64,000 bases of DNA from Takakia lepidozioides (lineage: Eukaryota; Plantae; Bryophyta), in contig CM060731.1 of the NCBI GenBank assembly GCA_030704615.1, forward strand, positions 52,452,001-52,516,000, read 5' to 3'. Each line of letters opens with the position of its first letter. Positions within the stretch are counted from its first letter, which is position 1. Position numbers and translations under genes: made by a program. The notes under the pieces were generated by a model. The model was given only the letters and a program-made list of their open reading frames with translations, had not been told where the DNA came from and made no database searches. Below are positions 21,119-35,488 of this stretch, piece by piece.

Positions 21119-22618
21119 CTGGCACCCGCTGTTTTAACTGTCGGGGGCCACCCACCGCCTTCGTTGCGAAACCTTGGGGCAGCGGCTATGGCTACATACT
21201 TAATTCGGATGCCATTAAATGATTTGTGCTCTTCCAGCAGCCATAACTTTCTTCCCTAAAGCCAAGGAAGCTCAGCAGAGCTCTCCGTTTGGACTAAGTT
21301 ACAATCTTTCTGTTGGTGGCTCTTCAATCGGATCTGGATTCAGAAAGACATGGCTGTTCGTGTATCACATCTTCAAAGGTGCATTCAAGGTTGGTTAGCA
21401 AATCCGAAATTTGGTGAACAAAAGAAAACACGAAACTCAAATATCAAACTGCGGACAAAATGTTAGACATTGCAAGAGTGTGATGCATGACACGGAAGCG
21501 GAAGAGAAGAAAGAAAGAGACGGGGGTGCATTGTAGCAGCTAAGTTTGGAGGAGGGAGTGCCCTCAGAATTTTTGAAATGGCTGCTGCAGCCTGCAGTTG
21601 TATGGATAGGTAAGGGATGACGAGGGAGGCACGTACGGGGCTCAGGGGAATGTTGGATTCCTCGTACCCGAGGATCGGCTGCACACTAAGTTAAGCTGGA
21701 ATGCAGAGGCATTGCACTGCACTGGATCAGCAGCCGTCGAAGCTTTGACCTGCATATGCATTCCTGCTGCGCATCTCCACGTGCCTCATCTTCGTTTGGT
21801 TCTCTCTGGCAACTGTTCAGAGCCTCACTGTTGAATGCCAGAAGATTGTCAGGGTGAGAACTAGGGCAAAGTGAAAACCCGGAATTTTCACTGTAGCGAT
21901 CTCGGCACCTACAATGTCTGACTCCTCCCCGCCTTCCCCCTGCAGCTATGGGGGCATTCGAATCTTTAGGCCTGGACGATCTTGTCTCTCCGAACTCTCC
22001 AGTACCACCACCTTGTCTGTAATGTCTTTAACAGCTGTTCGCACTTCTATCTCCCCCTGGTTGCTTTTTCTGCCCACCCTTGTTCTTCTTTTTGTCTCTC
22101 CCTGTCGTCTCTTCCTCTTGCTGTCCTTGGTAGACAGCTTGTGAGCAATTACGTTTGGTAGATCTGACGTCAGAGCTCCAACCATCTACCATCCTTGTCG
22201 CGCAGAAGTCTAACCTTGCGTCTTTCCTCATACTACATTGCATCGACATTCCGCCTGTTTCTGTAAAACCATCTCCTCGCGACTGAGCTTATAATAAGCT
22301 TGACCTCCCCTGCTGAAAATAAGGGAGGAGAACTAGAGGATGGCCGTTGGAGCTTGGCAGATCATGGCATTAGTCATACGTTCTCCAATCTCAGAGATGC
22401 AAGCCCTTACGGCAGTGTCTAACTTACAGACAACTTGTACGTGGTTACTGAGATTGTAAGGGAAAGTGGAGATCTACGAAAGCCTGCCAATATCGTAGAC
22501 AGACCATACCAGAAGGGGGAGAAGAATATAAATGGCGTTATTTGCGAAATGGTGTTGCATCGGGACAGGACGAAAGTAAGAGTTTTCCTTCAGCCCCTCA
22601 CCTCTCTTTCATTGTATC

Positions 22619-25345
22619 ATGGTGACTTCAATACTGTGCCTTCTTCCATTCTCTTACTGCTTTGAGTAGGCGTTATTGTTCATCTTTGTTGCGTGATCTG
22701 GCATCCGTTTTTTGGGGGAGTGCTTTTCCAGAAGGGAGACAATGTGAGGCAGACTGGAAGATACGGGAATGTGGTTCTGTTTCAATGTGAGGATGAGACT
22801 CGCCCAGTAAGTCAGAAAATTGTGCTCAGGACAAGCTGCCTACCAGATTATGGCGGACGTAGTGGCAGACAGTAGGGACTTGGTTCGCTAAGGCACATGA
22901 CAGCAAAAATGAAATCAAAAGGGCAGCTTGACTGAATGATGGGCCAGAGAGAAATGTCGACGAGTGAGGGAGTAACCGTCAAATAACAGGCTCCTTTAAG
23001 TTTAAATAGCATGTTGATCACCGGTTTGTGAGTTCCACCCATAACTCCCCCATACTGAAACTCTTGTTAACTGCACACCTACTGGCTCAGTGATACTGTT
23101 GCCTTTATTGTATAAGGAGGTTTGTCATCTTTATAGAAAATCAAGCAACTCCTGTGATTACCTGTAGAAATCATCCCAAGTTCATGGTTTGTCACCACAC
23201 TCCATCACTAGAGAGGCTTAGATATATTGCAAGGTCGCTGTTGTCTATGTTGATGGGCGTTGTGTTTGCAGGCCAGCCGATGGCAAGAAGGGCATCACGT
23301 GGCGCATATTTTCATTGAGAGAATTGCACGCGGCAACCAACAACTTCAACTATGACAACAAGCTGGGGGAAGGAGGTTTTGGGAGTGTGTACTGGGGCCA
23401 GCTCGCAAATGGAGACCAAGTATGTATTGGACTCGCGATCACTCTCCTCAGGTGGTTCTTGTTGCATCCTATTTGTGGATGTAGGTTTTTGTTTCAATAG
23501 TTCAGCTCTTTGCTGTACGTCTCGAACAGAAGAGCCAGTGCTCATTTCAAGAATGCCTCTATTCTGGGCTATGATCTTCGCTGTACCTGAAGATCTTTCA
23601 TGAGATGGTGAATAGGATACAGAGAACTAAATAGAAAGGATCGCCAGCTGCAACAATCTCAACCTCTCACCGACTCTCATAATACCTTACATGACAATGG
23701 AAATGTCACAGGCAATGTAGAGCTTTCATCTGTATTGTGTTCAGATGGTTGGTTGTGTTTGCTTGTTCCTCTTGGAAGTTTAGCTGTCATGTTCTGGTTC
23801 TCTCTGCTCTCCAATCAGACTGGGGGAAAATGGTGAAGCCATCAACTAACTTAGTCGTAGTCAGTCTTCATCAACACAACTTTCCCTTTCAGGAGGCTTG
23901 GATTTCATTCCCACCAATGTGCCACTCAGGAGGCACTGTGAGGAACCATACTTGCCCCTTGGAGCTGAATGAGATGCTGGGTGATGGGGAAGCAGATTGC
24001 AGTGAAAAGGCTGAAAGTGTGGAGCACCAAGGCAGAGATGGAGTTTGCTGTTGAAGTTGAGATTCTAGGTCGTGTCCGTCACGAAAACCTACTTAGCTTG
24101 CGAGGCTACTGCGCTGAGGGGCAGGAGCGGTTGATTGTGTATGAGTACATGCCCAAACTGAGTCTTCTGTCCCATTTGCATGGCCAGTTTGCTGCTGACT
24201 CCACTCTTGACTGGCAACGCAGAATAAACATTGCAATTGGATCTGCTGAAGGCCTTGCGTAAGTGGTTAAACCCCTTTTGAGTGTGGTTTCTCCCCTCTC
24301 TCTTCCCCTTCCCAGCTTTATGGTCATGAGCATCATCTGAGACATATCTAACCTACAGCTGTACAATGGAGAACTGATGAAGGGGTTGTTGATTAGGTTG
24401 ATGCAACACCCAGCAAAGTGCATAGATGCACCAGGATATTTGCATGCGTCATGTAATATTTGTTTGTCTGTGTTTCCAGTCATCTACATCATCATGCAAC
24501 TCCTCACATCATTCACCGGGACGTCAAGGCCAGCAACATACTCTTGAATGACAACTTTGAGGCACAGGTGGCCGATTTTGGGTTTGCAAAGTTGATCCCT
24601 GATGGAGCCACTCATGTTACTACTAGAGTCAAGGGGACATTGGGGTACCTTGCGCCGGAATATGCTATGTGGGGAAAAGTCTCAGAGAGTTGTGATGTTT
24701 ACAGCTTTGGGATCCTGCTGCTTGAGCTTGTTAGTGGCAAGAAACCCATTGAGCGTGTGGCAGGCACAAAACGTACAATTGTGGAGTGGGCAGCGCCCTT
24801 GGTCCTCGAGGGCAATTTGCAAGAGCTCGTTGACCCAAAGCTGCAAGGAAAATATCAGGAGGAAGAATTGAGAAGGGTCATACAGGTAGGTCCTTACCAT
24901 ATTTCCCTTGGGTCATATCTTTCACTGTTAAGCACATTTGCATTATTCCTTCTCGTTCTATGCCTGCCTTCAAATACTTTTCGTGTATGTTACGAGCAGT
25001 GTGAACTTTGTTACAAGTTCTTAAAGAAATTCTGGTCCATATAAAGACAACTGTGAGATATCTTTTGTGCAATATTTGAGAATGAGACACAAATCTTGAA
25101 ATCTGGTTCAGGTGGCGACGTTGTGTGCACAAAATACAGCAGAGCACAGGCCAACAATGCTAGAAGTGATTGAATTGCTGAAAGAGGCCAACCTGGGATC
25201 CAAACAACCTCACAATGGCAAGAATGGAATGCGCCTTGAAACAGTTAGTTATGGTGATGACTTGTTGGCAGCAGATGAAGGGTCTGTTCCTCATTCAGCT
25301 TCTGGTGTACTTCGACGGCATTCAACTACCACTCATCAGCAATGA
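22619..25345 (+). CDS. PTI1-like receptor-like cytoplasmic Ser/Thr kinase (At3g15890-like), 5 exons
   Basis: WRIFSLRELHAATNNFNYDNKLGEGGFGSVYWG, IAVKRLK, HRDVKASNILL, DFG, GTLGYLAPEY. Exons are ~22619-22665, 23272-23419, 23996-24258, ~24480-24885 and 25112-25345; the first exon is inferred from phase. Confidence 0.92.
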
Positions 25346-25971
25346 TCAGATACTCTCTCTTAGCCAATATGGTTTGTAGTCATAAACCTGGCACAGGCCT
25401 TTCCTTTTATTGCCCACATTCGAACAGTCGGGCTCCAGCACTTTCAACAGGCATTTGTCAATCTGATGAAGTTTTGCGTGCAGTATTAGCAGCCCACGAT
25501 CAACAAGATTTTGGGTTAGTGACGCAGACCAATTCTGTCCTTTGTGGCCCAAGTTTTTGTGACCAGATTTTACTAGAGCTATGGTTAGAGAACTCAAAAA
25601 CCATCACAGAGCGAAAATTTCTCTCTGCTTTGTAGACCCAATTGGAATCTGCAGGACTACTTAGCATATGAGACGAAACACGGGAAATTTATATATGCGC
25701 GCACAGTACTGATCAGCAGATATTGCGCAAGATTCATTGGTATGAATGCAGATTCTGCATACTTCATGCAGATGATTGACTTTCGCTTTATTAAAGTACA
25801 TAAAAGATGCAATGTCTATCATGTACAGATATCACAGTTTGAACATACTTCGCATGTTCTAACCCTTCAGCATGCCCTCAATAAGTTTGCAGCTCAGAAA
25901 TTATTGACTAGGATGACATAGATCTCTGTACAATTGTAGACATCCTAGGGGTGTATCATTTCCATGTTTGA

Positions 25972-28900
25972 TCATACTCCCAAGCAACAAGGAGGGTTCA
26001 TTGGACCACCAGAGTCTGACCCAAAAGCATTCCAGCAAGATGCTTGTGTGGAGCCTCCTGCGCTGTAGGTAATGTCGATGGCAGACAGAGAAATATTGGT
26101 ACATGCAAGAGAGTCGCTGCATGCAAAGTCCAGAGCAACTTCATTCGCCGATGTACCCGTGATATTGGAGTATGTGATGTCCGTCACCTGAATGGCCTGC
26201 GACTGCATAGCAATACACTCTTGATCAGTGTTTACACACCACATATTATACATGAGTGCTTACAGAATAAGAAAGTGGGCCTCAACAACAGCTCTAAACT
26301 AAAATTCAACATCAAGAGATTCCAGATGATCCAAACGAGAGAGGGAGGGCTGTCTAAAGAAAGATCCAAAAGTATTGCTCTAGAGACACTACCATCTGAT
26401 TTAAATTGCTAGCTAATTGCTCATCATGTGCACTTACATGGAGTCCATTAGCACAGTAATTAGCATTTGCTGAAGCACGGTCCACTACATGAATGTGAAG
26501 TTGTACCGGTCCTGACGTCAATAAACTCAGTGAGGAATTTCATGTTTGCTGTTACAGCGGAGAACAGTGAAAACTAAGAATGGATAGATACATACACTGT
26601 TGCCGCAGTTGTGGTTACCGTTGCAGTAGTATTGGTCAATGACAACAGGTTTCCCGACATTACTTAAATAAATGTTGCTGAATGTTACTCCTGACACTGT
26701 CCCGGATCCTCCCTGAATAAACATCCTCAAACAAGGCCATGATACAGCTTCCATCAGCCCATATAGTTTTCACATCACGGCAGTTCTATGCTAATCCTTG
26801 CAGATGCTGACACACTGACCGATAGGATCCGACATTGATGACATCACTAAGTACTTTCAAAATGGATAGGGTAAGCAAACATGATGAAGTGACTAACCTG
26901 CCAAGTTTTGATACGCGCACCATTGCTAGTGCCAAGAAAGTTGACATCATGCACTGTGATATTAGAGACGTCTGCATACGAATTGTGTACCCCAAGACCT
27001 CCGATGCTGCATGACCGAAGAACATAAAATTATTTCCAAGGACCTAAGTTCCATTTGCAACCCTAATTAAGAAGACACGACCCTCCGAGTTGTGTCGACT
27101 ATCTGACGAAGCTAGCTAGAGGCACACAAAAGAGGACTTGTAAAGGTTGCCCATTGAGGAGCCATTCAGACAAAAATGCCCAAAAAATTCTAGACCTGTA
27201 GTAGAGATAGCTATGTGGAGTAGATACCTGATCCCGTGTCCAGGCCCGCATTGTATATCATGAATGTTGACAGCTGAAGAACCGTCTTCAATAGCAATGC
27301 AGTCATCGCCTTCAAATACATAAAATATAGAACAACTTTCAGCTGGCTCTGGTGATGAAAGCTCCAGTACTGAATTAGACAACTAACCAGGCATAATGTA
27401 TTCTGAAGGTTATGAGATTAGCAATAGATCTTGATGTCTAAGTATCCTTAATGGATTATCATTACATATGCTATAACACCTGTATACAAGAGGTGAAAAC
27501 ATTAGCAGGGTCCAATATATGGTACCTGAACCAATATTCAAGTTTCCCAAATCGATGTTTTGAGTTGCTGCCACGTTTATCCCATCTGTGTTGGGACTAT
27601 CAGCTGGAGATGCGATGTTGATATGTTGCACAGTGACTTGATTACATGTATCAAACTTGAGGTGTATCTGGGGGCTGTTTCTCAAGCTGATTCCACTGAC
27701 CGAAGTAGAGTTGCATTCTAAAAATCTCATCAACTGTTACACACAAACGAAAATAGTGGTAAGGCTGGCTGACTGAACAGATTAACCTCTTCAAGTCTGA
27801 CAATGATCATGAACTCAACACTTGCAAGATTTATCGATTCTCCGTGGTCAGAGTAAGACTTCAATGTGGCCAGCATATATACTATATACATATATATATA
27901 TTGTGCAACAATGGTATGTTCAATCACATATACTGCATTTCTAAGTACTATTCTATTTTACAACAAAGGAACTTGCAGCAGTGCCATGCATTTGAAATAC
28001 TCGATCTTGAGTACATACATATCGCTGTCCAGAATAGTCCAGAACTACGTAAATGCACTCACAGTGGGCTTGTCGCCTGCTGATTGCCATGCCTTCGAGT
28101 TCCACGTCCACCAACTTAGACCATTGCCATCAAATGAACCTGTGCCTTGTACACTGACTGAAACTTGCTTCAAAAGTATCCACTGACCACTGAGCTGAAC
28201 AGTGTCACAAGGTGGTGCCACTACATCTCCGTCAACCTACAATTGCAGCCGAATCAGTACAACTTTTGGTGATCAGCAAATATTTCTAAAACAGCTAAGT
28301 TCAATCCACCTTCAACGTATATTTTCATGATTAAATTAGACAGCACTTGAAAAATTAATTACTAATCCACATTTTCATAGAACGAGCATAAAACATACCT
28401 GGTTTGAACTTCTTACCTGAAAAATGATATTTGAAGAGCAAGGACCTTGGAATGCAATTTCACCTACACGATAGGTGGAGCCTGCTGGAACGTCTATAGT
28501 GGACCCTGGACCCCCGTTACACGCTGCATTCCATGCACTTTGGAAAGCCTAATCACATGCATCACAGTGAAGAACAAGTTGGCCACGTTGGATCAGCAGA
28601 GAGTGCATGGCAATGAGATCGATCCAGAAAAACCCTGATGCTCCGGTTCCACTTCAAATACCCAAATAAAGTTAAATTATGTTAATATTGATTGTCACTA
28701 CAGAATAATTTCCATGACTGGTCCCTCAGGGGTTTATTTTTCCCCTCTCAAATACAGTCATGGGGCTTCATCCCCTTAAAAGAAATGAAAAGAAAAAAGA
28801 ATTCAAATTAATATTGAAATACCTGGGTGTCGTCTGATACGCCATCACCGACGGCTCCATAACTGCTTACACTGAATGTAAGCCCGGGACGGGAACCCGG

Positions 28901-29428
28901 GGCGGGACCTTGTGCCGGACCTTGTGCTGTTCCAAGTGTTTCGGAATCCTGTTGCTCCCAAGGCATGGAACTGAAATCCTCACCGTAATCTCTACCCTCA
29001 AAACTCCTTACCGAATTGGAATCCAATCCTGGAGAAACCCGTGAAGAACTGGATTCGTCATCCACTCGTGGGAAGAGCCGTGAATTAGAACTGGATTCAT
29101 CAGTCACTTGCTGGCCGGCCGAGATCCATCCACTATAGTCATCAGCCACTGGCACTGTACTAGAGTCGGGTAAGGGGAAAAACCATGGCTCAGGCAAGTT
29201 GGATTCCTCTACGTAATCATTTAGTTCGAATGGTTCGGTGGAGCTGGAATCAGGTCGCTTGGAAACCCATTCGGTGATATCATCGAACGACGCTTCTCGA
29301 AATTCTCTGTTAACCGCTTCGTCTATTATGTCCTCTGATGATGAGGTTCGGTAGAATCGAAGTGTTGAGATGGTAGGAGTTACAGATAGCAGTAATAGAA
29401 AGCAAAGTGAAGAGCAGCTCGACTTCAT
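25972..29428 (-). CDS. Polygalacturonase (glycoside hydrolase family 28), multi-exon, with signal peptide and long Ser-rich N-terminal extension
   Basis: [66 protein letters not shown]. Confidence 0.93.
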
Positions 29429-31347
29429 GTTTCCACCGTTGTTACACTCAACTATGTTGGCATGAAAGGTAAGAAGTTAGCCACCCCCGGTCCGAGCCCG
29501 CTCCCAAGAGCATGAACTGCACGGTTCCACATTAAACAGTTAAAAACTGAGGTCTCCAAGCCTTCTTTGAAACACCCTAGAACGTTGATTCACAAAGAAC
29601 AAATGAATATCACAATATGTATCCATGCTGCATGTGTTAATGTGACATTACACCGCTGGCCGACTGTTTTCGAGGTATGTACAAAGTACTCGTTGATTAT
29701 CAACGTCATTGATTGAACTAAAACCAAATTGCAGTGTGAATGAAAAGAATAAGTTCTTCCACCATCAATGTGTATGAGAGTGGAGTCAGAGTGTCAGAGT
29801 GTCCCAGTGAGAATGCTGACCTCAAGAAATATTACTGGTCCTGTCCCACATGTGGCATACTTATAACAACTCGGCCTCAACTCCATTGTCTCAACTCCAA
29901 ACTCCAGGATTTACTGATGAACAGAGTCGATCCTACTTGTGCTATTAGTAAGAGGCATGCCTTCTCAGGATCAGTAGGCTAAACAAAACGCAAGGCTGGG
30001 AAAGAACAGAAATATTCGTACCTTAGTGTAAGCGATTGTAGACCTCGGCCGGTGAGCATAATCTATAATCTGAACTCCGTTGGGGCATGCAGACTGGCAG
30101 AAAAGCTGGATATCGGGGGTGAGCCACCTGCAAGGAGCTGCAAGCCACAACTAGATGATGACTGAGCAGCAGTCAGATCAGCAAGCGCTAATACCCCACA
30201 CTCTATACCTGTCAAGACCTTCCATAAGAGAGAGAGCTCTTTGGTCTCGTCGAGAGAGTCTTCTAGTAGGAGAGATAGACTCCTGTCGAGAGTGTTATGG
30301 AGAGAGACGTGGTGGATGGAGGTCGCCATCCAGACAATAGCTCCCTTTTCTCTCTCCACAGTAGTCTCGGCAGCCTCAGTATTATATTCGCAGGCGTTAT
30401 ATTTGCTATATTTGCAGCACGTCCTTGCTTGGTCCTCAGTTTGCGTGAGCATGATAAGTGATCGAAGGCTTATAAATAGAGGGCAGTCACACATTTGGTT
30501 GCCCGCATGTTCCACAACCCCACTTACCTTTGGGGAATATTCTGTAGGCATTGCAGGATCTGCCACATTTTGTATCTCGAGAAACAATAAAAACAGGTTC
30601 ACGCCTGCGTAAATTGTGGTGTTCCTCAACGTCGACATTATTTATACCTTATCTGCAGAATATTCTTAAAATATCAATTTGTTTTTGTTTTTGTTTTTGT
30701 TTTTTGGGAACAGGGGACAGGCCCTGATAAATTTTATTAAGAATCAAGTGTTTTCTAATAGTACATGCGAGTCTAAACAGGAGTAAAATAAAATTAAGGG
30801 CCTCTGTCCCCTTGAAAAAAAAAGAACAAAGAGAAAAAAAGGAGTCAAACTGTCCACATGCTTGATGGGTGCCATTTATTGAGCAGAAGTAATGTAGCTG
30901 GGTTGGTTTGCAAGAGATGGATAAGCGCCAGGTATCAAACTGGAATGAAAAACTCCCAGTGTTGCACATTTGTTTAAAACATACAGGCTCAGAATCACCT
31001 TCACAGTATCTCTTAAAAAACATCCTGATATGTACAGAGGAATGTGGAATGTGGAAACCATGCCAGGGACAGATATGTCAAGATACAACTCAAGCTCAGA
31101 ACTGGTGAGGGGCCATCTTGGACATTCATCACCCCAACAGCTGTTCACTGTTTCTCCTACAGACACCTGCTCCTTCTCTCTTTCATGAGATGTGCAATTG
31201 ATGAATATACAGTCTATGAAGAGTAACATAACCCTATGCTGACCTCATGTGCATCACTCTCTGTCCCTCTCTTGCAACCACTTACCAATGATGTTCAACA
31301 GCGCCAAATAACACCAGGATCTCATGAATAAACTCAAACACCATATT

Positions 31348-34300
31348 CTACATTTCTTGACCAAACCCAGATGGTTCTCCAGGCTCTCGACTGGACTGCA
31401 AAGATGTAAGGGCTGCCTGGGCTTGTGCCCAGGAATCGTTGGCAAGAGGCTGCGACGCAGTTTGTTGAGGGGGGTAAGGGTCCTGATAGCAAACCGGGAA
31501 CTGGACACTCCCGTACAATTGGGGAGCATGTAACAGCTCATCAGGCAAGGACAGTGGAAACTGAGCATCTTGTATGGGAGAGAGAGGAATCTGGGCTGAT
31601 AAGGAGTCACCATGGCCATTGCCTCTGGCAGAGCTTAGAGAGTCAGAGGGATTTTGTCGCAATGGGATATCAAGGGCTGATGCAAGCTTTCCATTCACCT
31701 TTGCCTGTGACAACCTAGCCTCCCGAGATACTAGGCCACCAGGTGATACCAGATCATCTGAAAGGTTTGCACCCATGTTGAAAGTCCCTTCACTGGAGCT
31801 GCGAATAGCTTCTGATGGGCTTGTGACTGTACCTGGGGGAGCATCTTCCCATGGGTACTCACCACTCTCTTCATAATTTGACTTCCTCACTCTCATGGAA
31901 TCATAACTCCTTGACATGGGTACATAATTGACTCCAGGTATTGCATTCCAATTTGCTGAGCCTCGAATAACCGACACTGACGTCGAACGACGATAGTGAC
32001 TGTTTATTCCATGCCCTCCTCTGGGTGGAGATCTCCATAGCCTTCTGTCTGAATCTTCTGGAATGGGCGCATTGACCCCAGGGAATTCAACTGTCATTTT
32101 CTTCACAATCGGAGGCCCTTCAATTAAGGCTTCCATGTCATCAATAATTTCACCTTCTTCAGCACCAGTATCTTTGAACTCCAACTCCTCAATGCCATCA
32201 CAGCCAATAATCTCAATTCCAGATGGCTCATCTTCCGTGTCTGTACCCCGATCAGAGTAAGAAACTATCCACAGCTTTCTTGTACAGAAGTCTCCTCTCT
32301 TAAAAATCCCTCCCACTCCTGGGTAACACTAAGGGGCCCTATTCTGCTCTCTTCCTGTCACCCTCCCGATGCTTTTTCTACTCTGTCGAAACCAGGTGCA
32401 AAGTTTATGACCATGAGGTTACCACACCCATAGTCTAGTGAGTCTCTAGATGAATCTAGAGAACTAGATGAATCTCTTCAGATGATACATCTTGCTGTCT
32501 GTCAGCACAACATCCTATCAAACAATAGTCACATGAGAAACAATTCCAAACATCCTTACCTATCTATGCACAGGCGTGGATTTCGAAAAGGCCAGTTTGG
32601 AAAGGAGAGGTGAGATGACCAACCGAGATAGCCAGGAGGGTAACCAAGTTCACGCATTCGATGCAGCCACGGTGGCGGATCATGCTCCTGCCCACTCAAG
32701 CTAGTCAGGTTGGCCATGAATAAACTTCATTCAGTTGCACAAAAGGGCCACTGGCAGCAAAGGGAAACAAACCACAGACTGGAAACTCACACGGCGGGGC
32801 TCACCTATCAATGAAGGGTTCATGATGCGTGTTGTTGGTAAAATCTGAGGCAACCACACCAAATCATGAAGCGAAAGGCGGAGAGGAAAGAGAAGATAAA
32901 GGAAACATACCCCAATGCCTAAAGTTTGCCGAGTCTCACTACCCAAAACTCCAGGCTTTATATCATCAAATTTGCCTCCAGGGGTGCTCTGATAGTATCT
33001 GGAAGCATTTCGTGGAGCTGACCCCTTCTTGACAGCATGACTGCGGCGGGCAGAGTTGATGGCGCCATTGTCCCGAGGTCGGGGGCAATCTTTGAGGCCA
33101 TGGCTGTAGGACCCGCAGTTGAAGCACCGTGGTGCTTCTGCATGGGCAATCTCAATGTACCTGGTAAAAATCCCATCTCAAACTCTCCATTCATAATATT
33201 ATGGAAAACTACAAAACTGAATTGGCCTTTCACAAATATTCTTAAGATGCCTTTCACTGACTTATTTGTATGAAGGAGATCAAACAGGAGTTACCCATCA
33301 GCACGCTGATCTTGAGAGAGAGAGGACGGAACTGCGCGGTCATAAAGTGGTACTGCAACTTCCCTTTCCCTCTCCTGACTGCTCAAGCGGGTATCTCCCT
33401 TAGCCTCTTGTGTGCAAGCTTGCTTTGCAGGCCTGTCCACCCAAAATGACTGTATCCCACATCCGACCATCAGCAACATAATAACCGTTAATAATTTGTT
33501 GCAGTTATTGATTTCATTCTCCATTGGCCCCTTCATACAGAATCGGCAGCACAAATTCCACTTCACCAAACACAGTACTGAACTTCTCCGGTTTTCATTT
33601 AACCTTTGGAGCATTTTTAAAGCCGAGAAGATTAGAACAATGCGTTCAATACCACTCATAAATCAAGATCAGACTATTTGAAAACAGTGCACCCAATCAT
33701 AGCTCAATAAAACAATTGACCGGATACACCTACCACAGAGGAGCTGCTAGTTGTAGGGCCGACTTGTAAAGCAGGGAAGTACACTTCATCACCACTCTCC
33801 AGAACTTCTCTGCTGACATTCTGGCACCAAGAACCCAACCTGGACATCCATCAACTAAATAGGAAAATACTTTTTTTCCCTTCCTCAGTAGTACATTCAT
33901 TACTATTTCGAGCTTAAATGATCAAGCATCAAGTTTTAGCTTCATAGACCTGGAATGATAGGTTTTATGGGTTCGTGCAGCAGTCAGCCAAAATAATGTC
34001 TAACCTCACAAGGTTCCCAGACCACCTCACAATATATCTCCCTCCTACCTCTCAAAATGTAGGTGCTGCATCTATGCAATGACACTGAAATCAGTACTTG
34101 GTGCATAATTGTGCACCAACATGATATAACATGTTTTTGATAGAACCCATATTTATAAAACTGACAGGTTTGACATTGGCATAGGCACCACATCTGTAGT
34201 TCATAGTGACCACTGGTCTGCTATAGGCACCAGAGTGAATAGACCCTGCAGTCAGTGGATCTCTACTTGACTCAATTCATCTAACACAAACTGGTCTTTC

Positions 34301-35488
34301 ACCCTACAGCGTGCATGCTCATCTGGGAAACCTTTCAAATTCCCCACAGAACTATTCCTAGCAGAAAGACAAATATGAGACCAAACTTCAGGAGTCGCAG
34401 CAGGCAGTCGCTGGCGGAGTATTGGTGTCTTTACCCCAGTTAGGAACCAGAGGAAGTGGATCACCTAAAGATACAAGAGGATTAGTCATGGTCTTGCCAT
34501 CCATTTGGCCTAATGAGCACTGCTCTGCTCTGTTCTGCTCTCTCTCTCTCTCTCCCTCTCTGGTAGCCCGAGGCCACCCAAACTGGGTGCGGAGTCTATG
34601 GGCACAAGGCTACAGCAAACCGCGTCTTATGAGTTAGGTAGCCTGAACAAGTGGAGTGAGCCCCTCACAAAGGTAGTTTCTGTTACCTCTTGTTCTGCCC
34701 ACACTGGGTGTGGGTCTATGGCCACAAGGCTACGGTAAACAACGACTCATGAGTAAATTCTCTCTCTCTGGTGACTGAAAGGGGAGGTAAGGAGCCTACA
34801 GTGCCATAGCGCTGCCCGTGCCACTCGGCCCACTGTCGCAATGCTTCCTGCAGCCTGTTCTTACTCTCCCTGTCATTGACGCCACTTCTTTGTTACTGCC
34901 ACTCCTATGCGAAAATGAAAATTGGAAGAGAGACAGTGGGAGAGGGTAAGAGAAAGAGAACACACCTGCTCAGGCTTTGAAACTTGACATGCACCGAAGG
35001 GCTCTTGTCCAAACAGGAAAGCTGCTTGCGCTTCCTCCTGGTCTCAGCTTTTTCGAAAGTGTCAGGAAAAAGTCAAATTCTACCCAGCTGATGAGATTGT
35101 GCATATCGTGTTTCCAATTTGACATATGAAAAAAGGGAAGTATGAGCGGGGCAAACGCCAACGCAGTTAGGTCCAAGCTAAAAAGGAAACACCATGGCAG
35201 GGTAGAAAGGTTTGGCCTAAACCCACAAAGAGTCATGATAAGTGAGGATGAAACACGAAATAACTGAGGTCGTTATGCATTCGGCAGGGTCCAACACTGG
35301 CAAATGAGGATACTTTCTACTGACAGTTGAGTTGCCACCACATGGTCAGTCTCCAAGGCCCCGTCGTCCCGCTTGAATAAAACTTTATCTTCTTTGTCAG
35401 AGTCCTCCGAAATCTCCATATCTATCTCTTCCTCTGAAGGCTTGTCGAATTCAGCATCGGCCTTCCCCACTGACGAATTAGTCTCCAT
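31348..35488 (-). CDS. ZCCHC8: Zinc finger CCHC domain-containing protein 8 homologue (NEXT complex scaffold), multi-exon
   Basis: Zinc knuckle RCFNCGSYSHGLKDC (~33070-33120). PSP domain RYY...KPGVLGSETRQTLGIG / DPPPWLHRMRELGYPPGYL (~32625-33000). Also FWVD..VPLYDR and VEFPGVNAPIP. Confidence 0.88.

Noticed and set aside
21463-22450. Minus-strand ORFs upstream of the kinase
   Set aside because: Interrupted by stops and no family recognised; may be a decayed fragment.
30063-30638. 191-aa minus-strand ORF
   Set aside because: No recognisable domain or splice support.
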